NCBI GenBank assembly: GCA_035259825.1
Contig: DATFWA010000016.1
Coordinates: 1 to 50,461, forward strand
Direction: 5' to 3'
Length of the DNA stretch: 50,461 bases
Source: Candidatus Methylomirabilota bacterium
GTDB lineage: Bacteria > Methylomirabilota > Methylomirabilia > Rokubacteriales > CSP1-6
Within the stretch, counting starts at the first letter, position 1. Every line of letters starts with the position of its first letter. The notes beneath the pieces were generated by a model, which saw nothing but the letters and a program-made list of their open reading frames with translations, did not search any database and was not told the DNA's origin. This document shows positions 26,501 to 35,384 of this stretch, piece after piece. The position numbers and the translations under genes are program-made.

Positions 26501-26908
26501 ATGATCGAGCTGACGCTGGAGATGGCGGAGCGCGCCACGCGCGCGGCGCGGGAGAAGGCCAACGCCCTCGGCACTCCGATGACGATCACGGTAGTGGACG
26601 AGGCGGGCCGGCTGGTGCTGTGCTCGCGGGGCGACGGCACCGGCTTCTTCACGCCGGAGACCTCGCGAGCCAAGGCGATGGCGGCCGCGAACTTCCGGAT
26701 GTCCACCGCGGATCTGGCCGAGCGCGTGGCGAAGGGCGCGCCGTTCTGGACGCACGTGGGCAGCGTGCTGCCGGGACAGATCCTGCCCAGCCACGGGGCG
26801 GTGCCGATCGTGGTGAAGGGGCGCGTGATCGGCGCGATCGGTTGCGGCGGCGGCACCGGCGAGCAGGACCAGGAGTGCGCCGCGGCGGGCGCGGCCGTGC
26901 TGGCCTGA
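26501..26908 (+). CDS. GlcG/HbpS-like (DUF336) putative haem-binding protein
   Basis: The typical pattern is present: A..KA..LG.PMTITVVDEAG.LV...R.DG......E.S..KA..AA.F...GAVPI...G.VIGAIG.GGGTGEQD..CA. No signal peptide. Confidence 0.75.
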   Translation: MIELTLEMAERATRAAREKANALGTPMTITVVDEAGRLVLCSRGDGTGFFTPETSRAKAMAAANFRMSTADLAERVAKGAPFWTHVGSVLPGQILPSHGAVPIVVKGRVIGAIGCGGGTGEQDQECAAAGAAVLA

Positions 26909-26949
26909 GTGGTGGCGCGAGCCCGCTCGCGGGCTCGTGAGTAGGGGCC

Positions 26950-29286
26950 ATGGCGCGCTGGGACTCACGCTTTTCGCTCCTCGTCGCGGCCAGCCTCGCG
27001 GTGGTCCTGGGACTGCTGCTGGGCCTGGCCACCGAGGCCGGCCGGCCCTACGCGGGCTTCTTCGCCGCGCCCGACTATCGGGTATTCCCGGCCGACCCCG
27101 CCGCCCGCGCGGCCGGCCTGCGGCAGGGCGACCGCGTGGTCGCCGTCGACGGCGGCTCTCCGCTCACGCTCGCCGAGCGCGCCCGGGAGGCCACCGGGCC
27201 CATCCGCTACGACATCGAGCGCGACGGACGGCGCTCGACCGTCGCGATCGCGCCGCGGCCGCTGACCTGGAACCGCCTCGTCGACCACTTCGGCGTCTAC
27301 TTCCTCGTCTCGCTCGTCATGCTGGGCGTGGGCGCCGCCGTCTACGTGCAGAACCCGGCCGCCGCGCCCAACCGCCGTTTCCTCCTCTATATGTGCCTCT
27401 GGGCGGTGTCCAACGTCGCGGTGCCCGAGGCCGTGCTGTGCTCGCGCACATATGCCGCGGCCCTCGTGGGCCTGATCGCGCCGATCCTCTCCATCCACGG
27501 CTGGGTCTTCTTCCTGACCTATCCGGCCAACCCGGATCGTGAGCGGTGGCTCGAGCAGCACCGCGTGATCCCACGGCTCTACCGGCTGGCCGTGGTGCTG
27601 GGAGTGGTGGGCGCCAGCTCGTTCCTGGTGATCTCCTGGCTCGCGCCGGAGCTGCTGGTCGACGGCTGGATCTATCCGGCCTCCGCCGCGGTGCTCTCGC
27701 TGCTGAGCGCGCTTTCGTTCCCGATCAAGGTCGGAGCCCTCCTCGACACCAAGCGGCGCGCCGCCTCGCCGCTCATCGACCAGCAGACCACCGTGCTGCT
27801 GCTGGGCATCGCGCTCGGGCTCGGAGGCTGGCTCACGCTGATGCTCTGGCCGCTGCAGCAGCTCTACGCCTCGCCGGTCGATCCGCAGGTGGGCTCGGCG
27901 CTGGTGCTGCTGTACCCGGCCGCGATCGGCTACGCCACCGTGCGCTATCGCCTCTTTGACGCCACCGTGGTGATCCGGCGCTCGGTCATCTACACCGGGC
28001 TGGCCGGCCTCATCACCGGCGCCTACGCGCTGCTCCTGGCCGGGACCAACGCCCTGCTGGCTCAGGCCGACCTCACCCGCTCGCCCTGGTTCTCGGCCGC
28101 CTTCATGTTTCTGGTCGTGCTGCTGTTCAACCCGCTACGCGAGCGGGTGCGCCGGGCGGTCGACCGCATGTTCTTCCGCGAGCGCTACGACTACACGCAG
28201 GCCATGCGAACGCTCGCCCGCTCGATGTCGAGCCTACTCGACCTGGACGAGATTACCCGGCGGCTCACCACCACTATCGAGTCGTCCATGCACGTCCGCA
28301 CCGCGCGCCTCCTGGTGGACGGGCTGCCCCGCGACGTGCTGACCGCGCTCGACGTGGCGCCGGGAGCTCTCTCGCGTTACCAGCTCGCCGCCGATCCGCG
28401 CTACGCCGACTCGGGCGCGCCTGCGATCTCCGCCTACCAGACCCTGGGCGCCGAAGTGGTGGTACCGCTGCGCTTCCAGACGCGCCTGTGCGGGCTTCTG
28501 GTGCTGGGGGCCAAGCGCTCCGAGGCCGCATACACCGGCGAGGACCTCGAGATGCTCGAGACGCTGGCCGACCAGGCTGCGGTCGCGGTGGTCAACGCGG
28601 AGGCGCACCGGCAGGTGCTGGACTACGCGCAGCAGCTCGAGCGCAGTTTGCTGATCCGTGGCAGCCTCGCGAAGTTCGTGCCGCGCCGGGTGCGCCAGCT
28701 CATCGAGGAGTCGCCGGAGGCCCCGTCGCTCGACAAGCGCGAGACCGACGTCACGGTGGTCTTCACCGACATCAGCGGCTACACGCGGCTGTCCGCGCGG
28801 CTGGCCCCCGACGATCTGGCCTCCCTGGTCGAGCGGTACTTCGGGGCGTTCCTCGATGAGATCGTCAAGCACGGCGGCGACGTCAACGAGACGGCGGGCG
28901 ACGGACTCATGGTCATCTTCCACGAGGGCGATCACGCCCGCGCGGCGGTGGACGCGGCGCGGGCCATCCACCGGCGCGCCGCCGAGATCGGCGCCGAGCT
29001 GGCCGACCGCTTCGATCCCCTCACGATGCACGTGGGGGTGAACACCGGCCCCGCGCTGCTGGGCGCGACGAAGATCGAGGGTAGCGCGGGGACGCGATGG
29101 ACCTACACCGCGTCGGGCATGACCACCAACATCGCGGCCCGGCTGGCCGCGCAGGCCGGCGACGGCGAGGTGGTCGTCAGCGAGTCGACGCGGCAGCGGC
29201 TGGCCGCCGACGTGCCGATGGAGGACCTGGGCGTGCGCGCCCTGAAGAACGTGGACGCCCCGCTGCGCCTGTACCGTCTGCGATAG
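26950..29286 (+). CDS. Membrane class III adenylate/guanylate cyclase: N-terminal TM + PDZ-like, multi-TM block, GAF-like, cyclase domain
   Basis: PDZ-like GLRQGDRVVAVDG, then about 8 hydrophobic segments, then a GAF-like region (VVPLRFQTRLCGLLVLGAKRSEAAYTGEDLEMLETLADQAAVAVVNA). The cyclase core is VTVVFTDISGYTRLS...GDVNETAGDGLMVIF...VGVNTGPA...YTASGMTTNIAARL. Confidence 0.85.
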   Translation: MARWDSRFSLLVAASLAVVLGLLLGLATEAGRPYAGFFAAPDYRVFPADPAARAAGLRQGDRVVAVDGGSPLTLAERAREATGPIRYDIERDGRRSTVAIAPRPLTWNRLVDHFGVYFLVSLVMLGVGAAVYVQNPAAAPNRRFLLYMCLWAVSNVAVPEAVLCSRTYAAALVGLIAPILSIHGWVFFLTYPANPDRERWLEQHRVIPRLYRLAVVLGVVGASSFLVISWLAPELLVDGWIYPASAAVLSLLSALSFPIKVGALLDTKRRAASPLIDQQTTVLLLGIALGLGGWLTLMLWPLQQLYASPVDPQVGSALVLLYPAAIGYATVRYRLFDATVVIRRSVIYTGLAGLITGAYALLLAGTNALLAQADLTRSPWFSAAFMFLVVLLFNPLRERVRRAVDRMFFRERYDYTQAMRTLARSMSSLLDLDEITRRLTTTIESSMHVRTARLLVDGLPRDVLTALDVAPGALSRYQLAADPRYADSGAPAISAYQTLGAEVVVPLRFQTRLCGLLVLGAKRSEAAYTGEDLEMLETLADQAAVAVVNAEAHRQVLDYAQQLERSLLIRGSLAKFVPRRVRQLIEESPEAPSLDKRETDVTVVFTDISGYTRLSARLAPDDLASLVERYFGAFLDEIVKHGGDVNETAGDGLMVIFHEGDHARAAVDAARAIHRRAAEIGAELADRFDPLTMHVGVNTGPALLGATKIEGSAGTRWTYTASGMTTNIAARLAAQAGDGEVVVSESTRQRLAADVPMEDLGVRALKNVDAPLRLYRLR

Positions 29287-29316
29287 CGAGCCGGCTCCTC
29301 GCCGCGGCGCCGCGGA

Positions 29317-30504
29317 TCAGCGCGAGATGGTCAGGCGCTCGCGCCCGTAGTTGTCCTCGTCGATCCAGGGGCGCCCCTCGGCGAAGCGGCTCGCGCGGAA
29401 CGGGGTGAGATCGACCGTGCGCGGCTTGCCCTCGAGGATCCACTCCGCGAGACACTTGCCGATGGCCGGTGAGGTCTTGAACGACGTGCCGGAGTCGCCC
29501 AGCATCACGTAGAGCCCCTCGACGGACGGGATGCGGTCGATGATCGGCCGGCCATCCGGGCTCATCATGATCATGCCGGCCCATCCGCCGCGCATGGTCG
29601 AGTCCGTGAAGAGGGGTAGCCGGTGGCCGAGCCGCTCCCGGCAGAGTGCCACGTAGCCTTCGTCGACGCCTTCGTGCAGCTTGTCGGGCTCGCCGCCGTA
29701 GGCGGCGCCCAGCTCCACGCCGATGAGGGTGAGCGAGCCGTCCACCGGGCGGATCCACGCCTTCTGCCCCGCGTCGATCACCACCGGGTGCTTGCGGGTG
29801 AGCGAGGCCGGCCAGCGGAACAGCGACACCTGGATGCGGAACGGCTGCAGGCCGAAGTCGAGGCCGAGCTGGTCGAGCAACGGTTGGCCCCAGGCGCCCG
29901 GCACCAGCACCACTATCGGCGCCTGCACGTGTCCCCCCGCGGTCTCGACCCCGGTCACGCGGCCGCTCTCGGTCAGAATACGGGTGACCTCGCAGCCGGT
30001 CTCCACCGTGACGCCGAGACGCCGGGCCGCGGCCGCGAACCCATACGCGGTGGCGCTCGGATCGGCGTAGCCCGAGCCGGGTTCCCAGGCCGCGGCGCCG
30101 ATGTCGTCGGTGCGGCACTCGGGGAACAGCGCGCGGATGTCCTCGCGCGAGACCTCGCGCGTCTCGATGCCGAGGCGCTGCTGGCGGGCCAGGTTGTGGC
30201 GCAGGGCGGCCTCGTAGCCGGGCGGGACCAGCTGCAGGAAGCCGGGAGCCTCGAAGCCGCACGCTTCACCAACGATGGCCTCGAAGTCGCGGAAGATCTT
30301 CAGGCTCTCCAGCGCGAGGCGGGCCTCGTGCTCGTTCGTGTAGTGCATCCGCACCAGCGCGCCCGACTTGCCGGTGGCGCCGGCGGCCAGGTGACGGCGC
30401 TCGAGCAGGCGCACGTTCCGGGCGCCCATGCTCGCGAGATGGAATGCGGTGCTGGTGCCGTTGGCGCCGCCGCCGATGATGACAATGTCCGCTGTGGAGG
30501 TCAT
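29317..30504 (-). CDS. FAD-dependent oxidoreductase (DAO / sarcosine-oxidase-beta-like)
   Basis: Start chosen at MTSTADIVIIGGGANGTSTAFHLA (ATG at 30504), with a GxGxxG FAD motif. The C-terminal half is DAO-family-like. Confidence 0.8.
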   Translation of the reverse strand: MTSTADIVIIGGGANGTSTAFHLASMGARNVRLLERRHLAAGATGKSGALVRMHYTNEHEARLALESLKIFRDFEAIVGEACGFEAPGFLQLVPPGYEAALRHNLARQQRLGIETREVSREDIRALFPECRTDDIGAAAWEPGSGYADPSATAYGFAAAARRLGVTVETGCEVTRILTESGRVTGVETAGGHVQAPIVVLVPGAWGQPLLDQLGLDFGLQPFRIQVSLFRWPASLTRKHPVVIDAGQKAWIRPVDGSLTLIGVELGAAYGGEPDKLHEGVDEGYVALCRERLGHRLPLFTDSTMRGGWAGMIMMSPDGRPIIDRIPSVEGLYVMLGDSGTSFKTSPAIGKCLAEWILEGKPRTVDLTPFRASRFAEGRPWIDEDNYGRERLTISR

Positions 30505-30536
30505 GGCGCCAGGGATTTTGGCACGTTTGCCGGGCC

Positions 30537-30566
30537 TTGACCAGTCCGCGACCCGGCTTGTAAAAT
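30537..30566 (+). promoter_or_regulatory. Candidate sigma70-type promoter for the ABC operon (TTGACC-N18-TAAAAT)
   Basis: Read directly in the divergent intergenic region, about 85 nt upstream of the ATG at 30651. There is no experimental support. Confidence 0.3.
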
Positions 30567-30650
30567 GGCGCTCCGCGCGCGGCCTCCGTCGTCCGACGCG
30601 GCGTCCAGACGAAGACCTGAAGTCAATCACACTGAGGAGGAGTCATCACC

Positions 30651-32195
30651 ATGGAACTGACTCGACGCGACCTGCTCAAGGCCGCGGCCGCCCTCGGCGC
30701 CGCCGCCGCGGTGCCCATGACCGCCGGCGGACCGGCCCTGGCGCAGACCACCCAGAAGAAGGAGCTAGTCACCGCCCAGAGCGGAGACGTGTCGAAGTTC
30801 GATCCCCACTTCAGCACGTCCTCGAACGACATCCGGGTGTCCTTCAACATCTTCGACAACCTCACCTCGCGCCATCCGGACGGCAAGCTCAACCCCGGCC
30901 TGGCCACCGAGTGGAAGCTCGAAGGGCAGACCACCTGGCGCTTCAAGCTCCGTCCGAACGTGAAGTTCCATAACGGCGATCCGCTGACCTCGGCTGACGT
31001 GAAGTTCAGCATCGAGCGCACCTACGATCCCGCCGCCAAGACCATGGTGGCCACCGCGCTCGCCACCATCGAGAAGGTGGAGGCGCCGGATCCGTTGACC
31101 GTGGTGATCACCACCAAGAAGCCCGACCCGCTGCTCCCCGCGCGGCTGGCCTTCTACGGCGGGCAGATCGTGCCCAAGAAGTACCTCGAGTCCGTCGGCA
31201 ACGACACCTTCAACGCCAAGCCGGTGGGCAGCGGCCCGGTGAAATTCGGTTCTTGGGTGAAGGACGATCGGGCCGTGCTCGAGGCCAACCCCGACTACTG
31301 GGGCGGCAAGATCGACGTGGACCGCTGGATCATGCGGCCGATCCCCGAGACCGCGCCCCGCATCGCGGCCCTGCTGAAGGGCGAGGTGGACGTCATCACC
31401 CAGCTGCCGCCAGACCAAGGCGAGAAGGTCACCGGCAACGCCTCCACCCGCGTCGCCGGCGCGCTCTACGCGGGCCTCTACGTGCTGGCGGTGAACAGCA
31501 AGCGGCCGCCGCTCGACAACCCGCTGGTTAAGCAGGCCCTCTCGCTGGCCATCGATCGCGAGGCCATCGTGAAAGAACTGTGGCGCGGCCGCGGCGTCGT
31601 CCCGAGCGGCCCCATTGCGAAGGGCGACAACCACTTCGACACGGGCCTGCCCCCGCTGGCCTATAACCCGGCGGAGGCGAAGGAGCGGCTGAAGAAGGCC
31701 GGCTACAAGAACGAGGAAGTCTTCATCGAGACCACCGTGGCCTACGTGGCACAGGACAAGGCGATGTCGGAAGCCATCGCGGCCATGTGGAAGGACGTGG
31801 GCGTTAACGTCAAGGTGGAGGTCATCGAGTACTCGGTGCGCGCCCAGAAGAACCGTGAGAAGAGCTTCAAGGGCGTGTTCTGGTCCGACCCGACCTCGAC
31901 GCTCGGCGATCCGGACGGCATGATGTGGCGCCTTCTAGGCCCGGGCGGACCGCAAGACTACTGGCGCGAGGCCAAGTTCGACGAGCTGGGCAACGCGGCG
32001 CGCTTCAGCGTGGACGAGAAGTTCCGCGGGCAGGCCTACAAGGAGATGACCAAGATCTTCCTGGAGAACCTGCCGTGGCTGCCGGTGATCCAGCCGTACG
32101 AGGACTACGGGCTGCAGAAGTACGTGGAGTTCACGCCGAACCCGAACCAGCAGTTCGAGCTGCGCCGCTTCAACCTCAAGCTCCGTCGCGCGTAA
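30651..32195 (+). CDS. ABC transporter substrate-binding protein, family 5 (peptide/nickel/opine type), Tat signal
   Basis: Signal is MELTRRDLLKAAAALGAAAAV...ALAQ. Family-5 SBP features follow (FKLRPNVKFHNGDPLTSADVKFS, GSGPVKF..W). SD is GAGGAGGAG. Confidence 0.85.
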   Translation: MELTRRDLLKAAAALGAAAAVPMTAGGPALAQTTQKKELVTAQSGDVSKFDPHFSTSSNDIRVSFNIFDNLTSRHPDGKLNPGLATEWKLEGQTTWRFKLRPNVKFHNGDPLTSADVKFSIERTYDPAAKTMVATALATIEKVEAPDPLTVVITTKKPDPLLPARLAFYGGQIVPKKYLESVGNDTFNAKPVGSGPVKFGSWVKDDRAVLEANPDYWGGKIDVDRWIMRPIPETAPRIAALLKGEVDVITQLPPDQGEKVTGNASTRVAGALYAGLYVLAVNSKRPPLDNPLVKQALSLAIDREAIVKELWRGRGVVPSGPIAKGDNHFDTGLPPLAYNPAEAKERLKKAGYKNEEVFIETTVAYVAQDKAMSEAIAAMWKDVGVNVKVEVIEYSVRAQKNREKSFKGVFWSDPTSTLGDPDGMMWRLLGPGGPQDYWREAKFDELGNAARFSVDEKFRGQAYKEMTKIFLENLPWLPVIQPYEDYGLQKYVEFTPNPNQQFELRRFNLKLRRA

Positions 32196-32200
32196 GCTCA

Positions 32201-32247
32201 GCCCCTCGCCCCGCCCTCTCCCCGTCAGGGGAGAGGGCGAGGGCAGG
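32201..32247 (+). repeat. REP-like imperfect inverted repeat (stem-loop) between SBP and permease genes
   Basis: gcccctcgccccGCCCTCTCCCC-gtca-GGGGAGAGGGCgagggcagg has 11 perfect bp plus extensions. It occupies most of the 59-nt gap between 32195 and 32255. Confidence 0.5.
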
Positions 32248-32254
32248 CATCGAC

Positions 32255-33181
32255 ATGCGCGGGTTCCTGCCGTTCTTCGGTCGCCGTCTCCTCCGCGCCC
32301 TCATCGCGCTCTGGCTCGTGTCCACGGTGGTCTTCGTGGTCATGCGCCTGTCCGGCGATCCGGTGCCGCTGCTGCTGCCCCCCGACGCTCCCCACAGCGA
32401 GATCCTGCGCGTGCGGCGGGAGCTCGGGCTGGACAAGCCCATCCCGGTCCAGTACGTGGTCTTCCTGTCGAACCTCGCGCACGGCGACTTCGGCCGCTCG
32501 ATCCACTTCCGCCAGCCCGCCTTCGATGTGGTGCGCGGCTACTTGCCGGCCACGATCGAGCTGGGCCTCACCGCCTTCGTGCTCGCGGTGGTGGTCGCGG
32601 TGCCGATCGGGCTCTTCTCCGCGATGCGACGCAACACGATAGTGGACCACGCCGCGATGGGCTTCGCCCTGGTGGGCCAGGCCGCGCCCACGTTCTTCAT
32701 CGGCATCCTGCTCATCCTGCTGCTTTCGCTGAAGGCCGATCTCTTCCCGACCTCGGGCCGCGGCGACTGGCGGAACCTGGTGCTCCCCGCGTTGACGCTC
32801 GGCGCGTTCACGATGGCCTCCACCGCGCGGCTCACCCGCTCCGCGGTCCTGGAAGTGTTCCGGGCCGACTACATCCGGACCGCGCGCGCCAAGGGGGTGG
32901 CGGAGGCATGGGTGGTGGCCAAGCACACGCTCAAGAATGCGGCGATCCCGATCGTCACGATCACCGGCCTGCAGTTCGGCACGCTCCTGGGCGGCTCGGT
33001 GGTCACCGAGACGGTGTTCTCGTGGCCCGGCATCGGTCGCCTCGCGGTGCAGTCGATCTACAACCGGGACTACGCGGTGGTCCAGTGCACGGTCTTCCTG
33101 GCCGCCCTGATGTTCGTGATCATCAACTTCTGCGTGGACCTGATCTATGGCTTCCTCGATCCCCGCATCCGCACCGGCTGA
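32255..33181 (+). CDS. ABC transporter permease (DppB/OppB-like)
   Basis: Start at MRGFLPFFGRRLL. Motifs are GLDKPIPVQY and the EAA-like loop YIRTARAKG...V..KH.L.NA.IP. Confidence 0.85.
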   Translation: MRGFLPFFGRRLLRALIALWLVSTVVFVVMRLSGDPVPLLLPPDAPHSEILRVRRELGLDKPIPVQYVVFLSNLAHGDFGRSIHFRQPAFDVVRGYLPATIELGLTAFVLAVVVAVPIGLFSAMRRNTIVDHAAMGFALVGQAAPTFFIGILLILLLSLKADLFPTSGRGDWRNLVLPALTLGAFTMASTARLTRSAVLEVFRADYIRTARAKGVAEAWVVAKHTLKNAAIPIVTITGLQFGTLLGGSVVTETVFSWPGIGRLAVQSIYNRDYAVVQCTVFLAALMFVIINFCVDLIYGFLDPRIRTG

Positions 33182-34058
33182 CGCGGCGCTCCCCGCGCCC
33201 GCGCTCCGGCTCGCAGTGCGCCGCCGCCGGCGGTTCCCGCCCCTGGTGGTGGCGGGCGTCGGCTTCGTGGTGGTGCTCCTGTTGGTAGCCGCGGCCGCGC
33301 CGCTGCTCGCCCCCCACGATCCCGTCCGCCAGAGCCTGCGGGGGCGGCTCGCCCCGCCGACCTGGAATGGGGCCGACGGGCGTGCCCACCTGCTCGGCAC
33401 CGATCACCTGGGCCGCGACGTGCTCTCGCGGGTCATCTACGGATCGCGCGTCTCGCTGGTGGTCGGCTTCGCGGCGGTGATCATCGGGGGCGTGCTGGGC
33501 TCGGCGGCGGGCCTGGTCGCTGGCTTCAGCCGCGGCCGCCTCGACGCGATCATCATGACCATCGCGGACGCCCAGCTCGCCTTCCCCTTCGTCCTGCTCG
33601 CCATCGGGATCATCGCGGTCCTCGGGCCGAGCTTCCCCACGCTCGTCGTGGTGATCGGCCTGTCCGGCTGGGTGTCGTACGCCCGGATCCTGCGCTCGCA
33701 GGTGCTGGTGGTGCGGTCACGCGAGTTCGTCGAGTCCATTCACGCCCTCGGCGGGTCGATGGCGCGCATCATCCTGCGTCACGTCCTGCCCAACGTGCTC
33801 TCCTCGATCGTGGTCATCGCCACCCTCGAGCTGGCGCGGTCCATCGTGCTGGAGGCCACGTTGTCGTTCCTCGGGCTGGGGATCCAGCCTCCGACGCCCT
33901 CCTGGGGCGGCATGGTGCAGGAGGGCCGAGAGTACCTCGACTCCGCCTGGTGGATCTCCACGTTCCCCGGCCTCGTGCTCATGATCACCTCGATCGCGGT
34001 CAGCCGTACCGGCGACTGGCTCCGTGACGTGCTGGACCCGACTCTCCGCGGAGAGTAG
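33147..34058 (+). CDS. ABC transporter permease (DppC/OppC-like)
   Basis: LLGTDHLGRDVLSR, FVESIHALG...HVLPN and several TM segments are present. The start is uncertain; as listed it overlaps the upstream permease by 35 nt. Confidence 0.8.
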   Translation: MASSIPASAPADAALPAPALRLAVRRRRRFPPLVVAGVGFVVVLLLVAAAAPLLAPHDPVRQSLRGRLAPPTWNGADGRAHLLGTDHLGRDVLSRVIYGSRVSLVVGFAAVIIGGVLGSAAGLVAGFSRGRLDAIIMTIADAQLAFPFVLLAIGIIAVLGPSFPTLVVVIGLSGWVSYARILRSQVLVVRSREFVESIHALGGSMARIILRHVLPNVLSSIVVIATLELARSIVLEATLSFLGLGIQPPTPSWGGMVQEGREYLDSAWWISTFPGLVLMITSIAVSRTGDWLRDVLDPTLRGE

Positions 34059-34080
34059 GGCGAAAGGAGTCGCCTCCAAA

Positions 34081-34482
34081 ATGCTCATCACCCAGCTGAT
34101 CGAGTACGAGGTCGCGAGTCCCGAGGTCCGGGCGGTCTACGACGACATCATGACCACGCGCAAGACGGACTGGATCAACAACTTCTGGAAGGCGCTAGCC
34201 AACCATCCCCCGACCTTGCGGCGCACCTGGGAGAGCATCAAGCAGGTGATGGGCCCGGGCGAGCTCGACCCGCTGACCAAGGAGATGATCTACCTGGCGG
34301 TGAGCGCGGCCAACGGCTGCGAGTACTGCATCGCCTCCCACACCGCCGGCGCGCGGAAGGCCGGCATGAGCGAGGCGATGCGGGGCGAGCTGCTCGCGGT
34401 GGTCGGCATGGCCTGCGAGACCAACTCGCTCGCCGACGCCTATCAGGTGCCGGTGGACGATCGGTTCCGCAATCCGGCCTGA
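34081..34482 (+). CDS. Carboxymuconolactone decarboxylase / AhpD-like family protein
   Basis: Start at MLITQL with SD AAAGGAG. CMD motif is AVSAANGCEYCIASH. Confidence 0.8.
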   Translation: MLITQLIEYEVASPEVRAVYDDIMTTRKTDWINNFWKALANHPPTLRRTWESIKQVMGPGELDPLTKEMIYLAVSAANGCEYCIASHTAGARKAGMSEAMRGELLAVVGMACETNSLADAYQVPVDDRFRNPA

Positions 34483-35384
34483 GCGCCGGCTCCGCTGCGC
34501 TCGAGCCGCAGGTCGGCGGCAGTGTGCCCGGCGAGCGCGGCCAGCACGATGACACCGCCCACGATCGACGGCAGGCCGGGATTCTCGCCCAGCAGGAGCC
34601 AGACCCACACCGGTCCCAGCACGCTTTCCAGCACCGCGATGAGCGACGCCTCCGCGACCGGGATGCGCCGGGCTCCCGCGGTGAACAGGATCATGCCGAG
34701 GCCGAGCTGACCTGCGCCGAAGATCGCCAGGAGCACGAGGTCGCGCGCGTCCGCGGTGGCGGGCCGGGCGGACAGCGACGCGAAGATCGCGGTGAGCAGG
34801 GCGGCGAGGCCGGCCGCGGGCAGCATCTGGACCTGGCGGCCGCGCCGCAGGAGCACGATGGCGCTGGCGAAGGAAAGTGCCACCGTGAACGCGAGGAGGT
34901 CGCCTCCCAGCGAGCCGGTGGCCGGCGTGGTGTGGAAGTAGCGCGAGAGCATGATGGCGCTGCCCAGCAGCGCCACGCTCATCGCGATCCACGTCCGGCC
35001 GGCGACCCGCTCGCCCATCCAGGCCCAGCCGAGCAGGCCCGCCATGAACGGGCTCAGGCTCTGGATGATCAGGACGTTGGCGACCGCGGTGCGGTCGAGC
35101 GCCATGATGAAGCAGGTGGATCCGATCGCGAAACACACCGCGACGCCGAGGCCGGTGACGCCCATCGCGGCGAGGACGCGCGGGGTGTCCGCGCGCTCTC
35201 GGAGCGCGGTCACCACCGCGAGGAAGCTCGTGCAGAAGACCCCGCGCCAGAACACGGTGGTCCACGGATCGGTGTCCACCAGACGCGCCATCAGCCCGCC
35301 GCCGCTCCAGCACACCGCGGCCGCGGCCACCAGGAGCCGGCCGCGACGCCGGTCGCCCGCCTCGACCGCCCCCGGCGCGCTCAT
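34443..35384 (-). CDS. EamA/DMT-family transporter
   Basis: Start at MSAPGAVE (ATG at 35384 overlaps the upstream stop as ATGA). About ten hydrophobic segments. The upstream part of the 563-aa ORF is Arg-rich out-of-frame overlap. The 3' end overlaps the convergent CMD gene by 40 nt. Confidence 0.7.
   Translation of the reverse strand: MSAPGAVEAGDRRRGRLLVAAAAVCWSGGGLMARLVDTDPWTTVFWRGVFCTSFLAVVTALRERADTPRVLAAMGVTGLGVAVCFAIGSTCFIMALDRTAVANVLIIQSLSPFMAGLLGWAWMGERVAGRTWIAMSVALLGSAIMLSRYFHTTPATGSLGGDLLAFTVALSFASAIVLLRRGRQVQMLPAAGLAALLTAIFASLSARPATADARDLVLLAIFGAGQLGLGMILFTAGARRIPVAEASLIAVLESVLGPVWVWLLLGENPGLPSIVGGVIVLAALAGHTAADLRLERSGAGAQAGLRNRSSTGT

Noticed and set aside
30518-30531. Sigma-54-like TGGCAC...TTGC element in the divergent region between the FAD oxidoreductase and ABC genes.
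   Set aside because: The GG-to-GC spacing is about 3 nt shorter than the invariant -24/-12 spacing, and no enhancer-binding protein gene is nearby.
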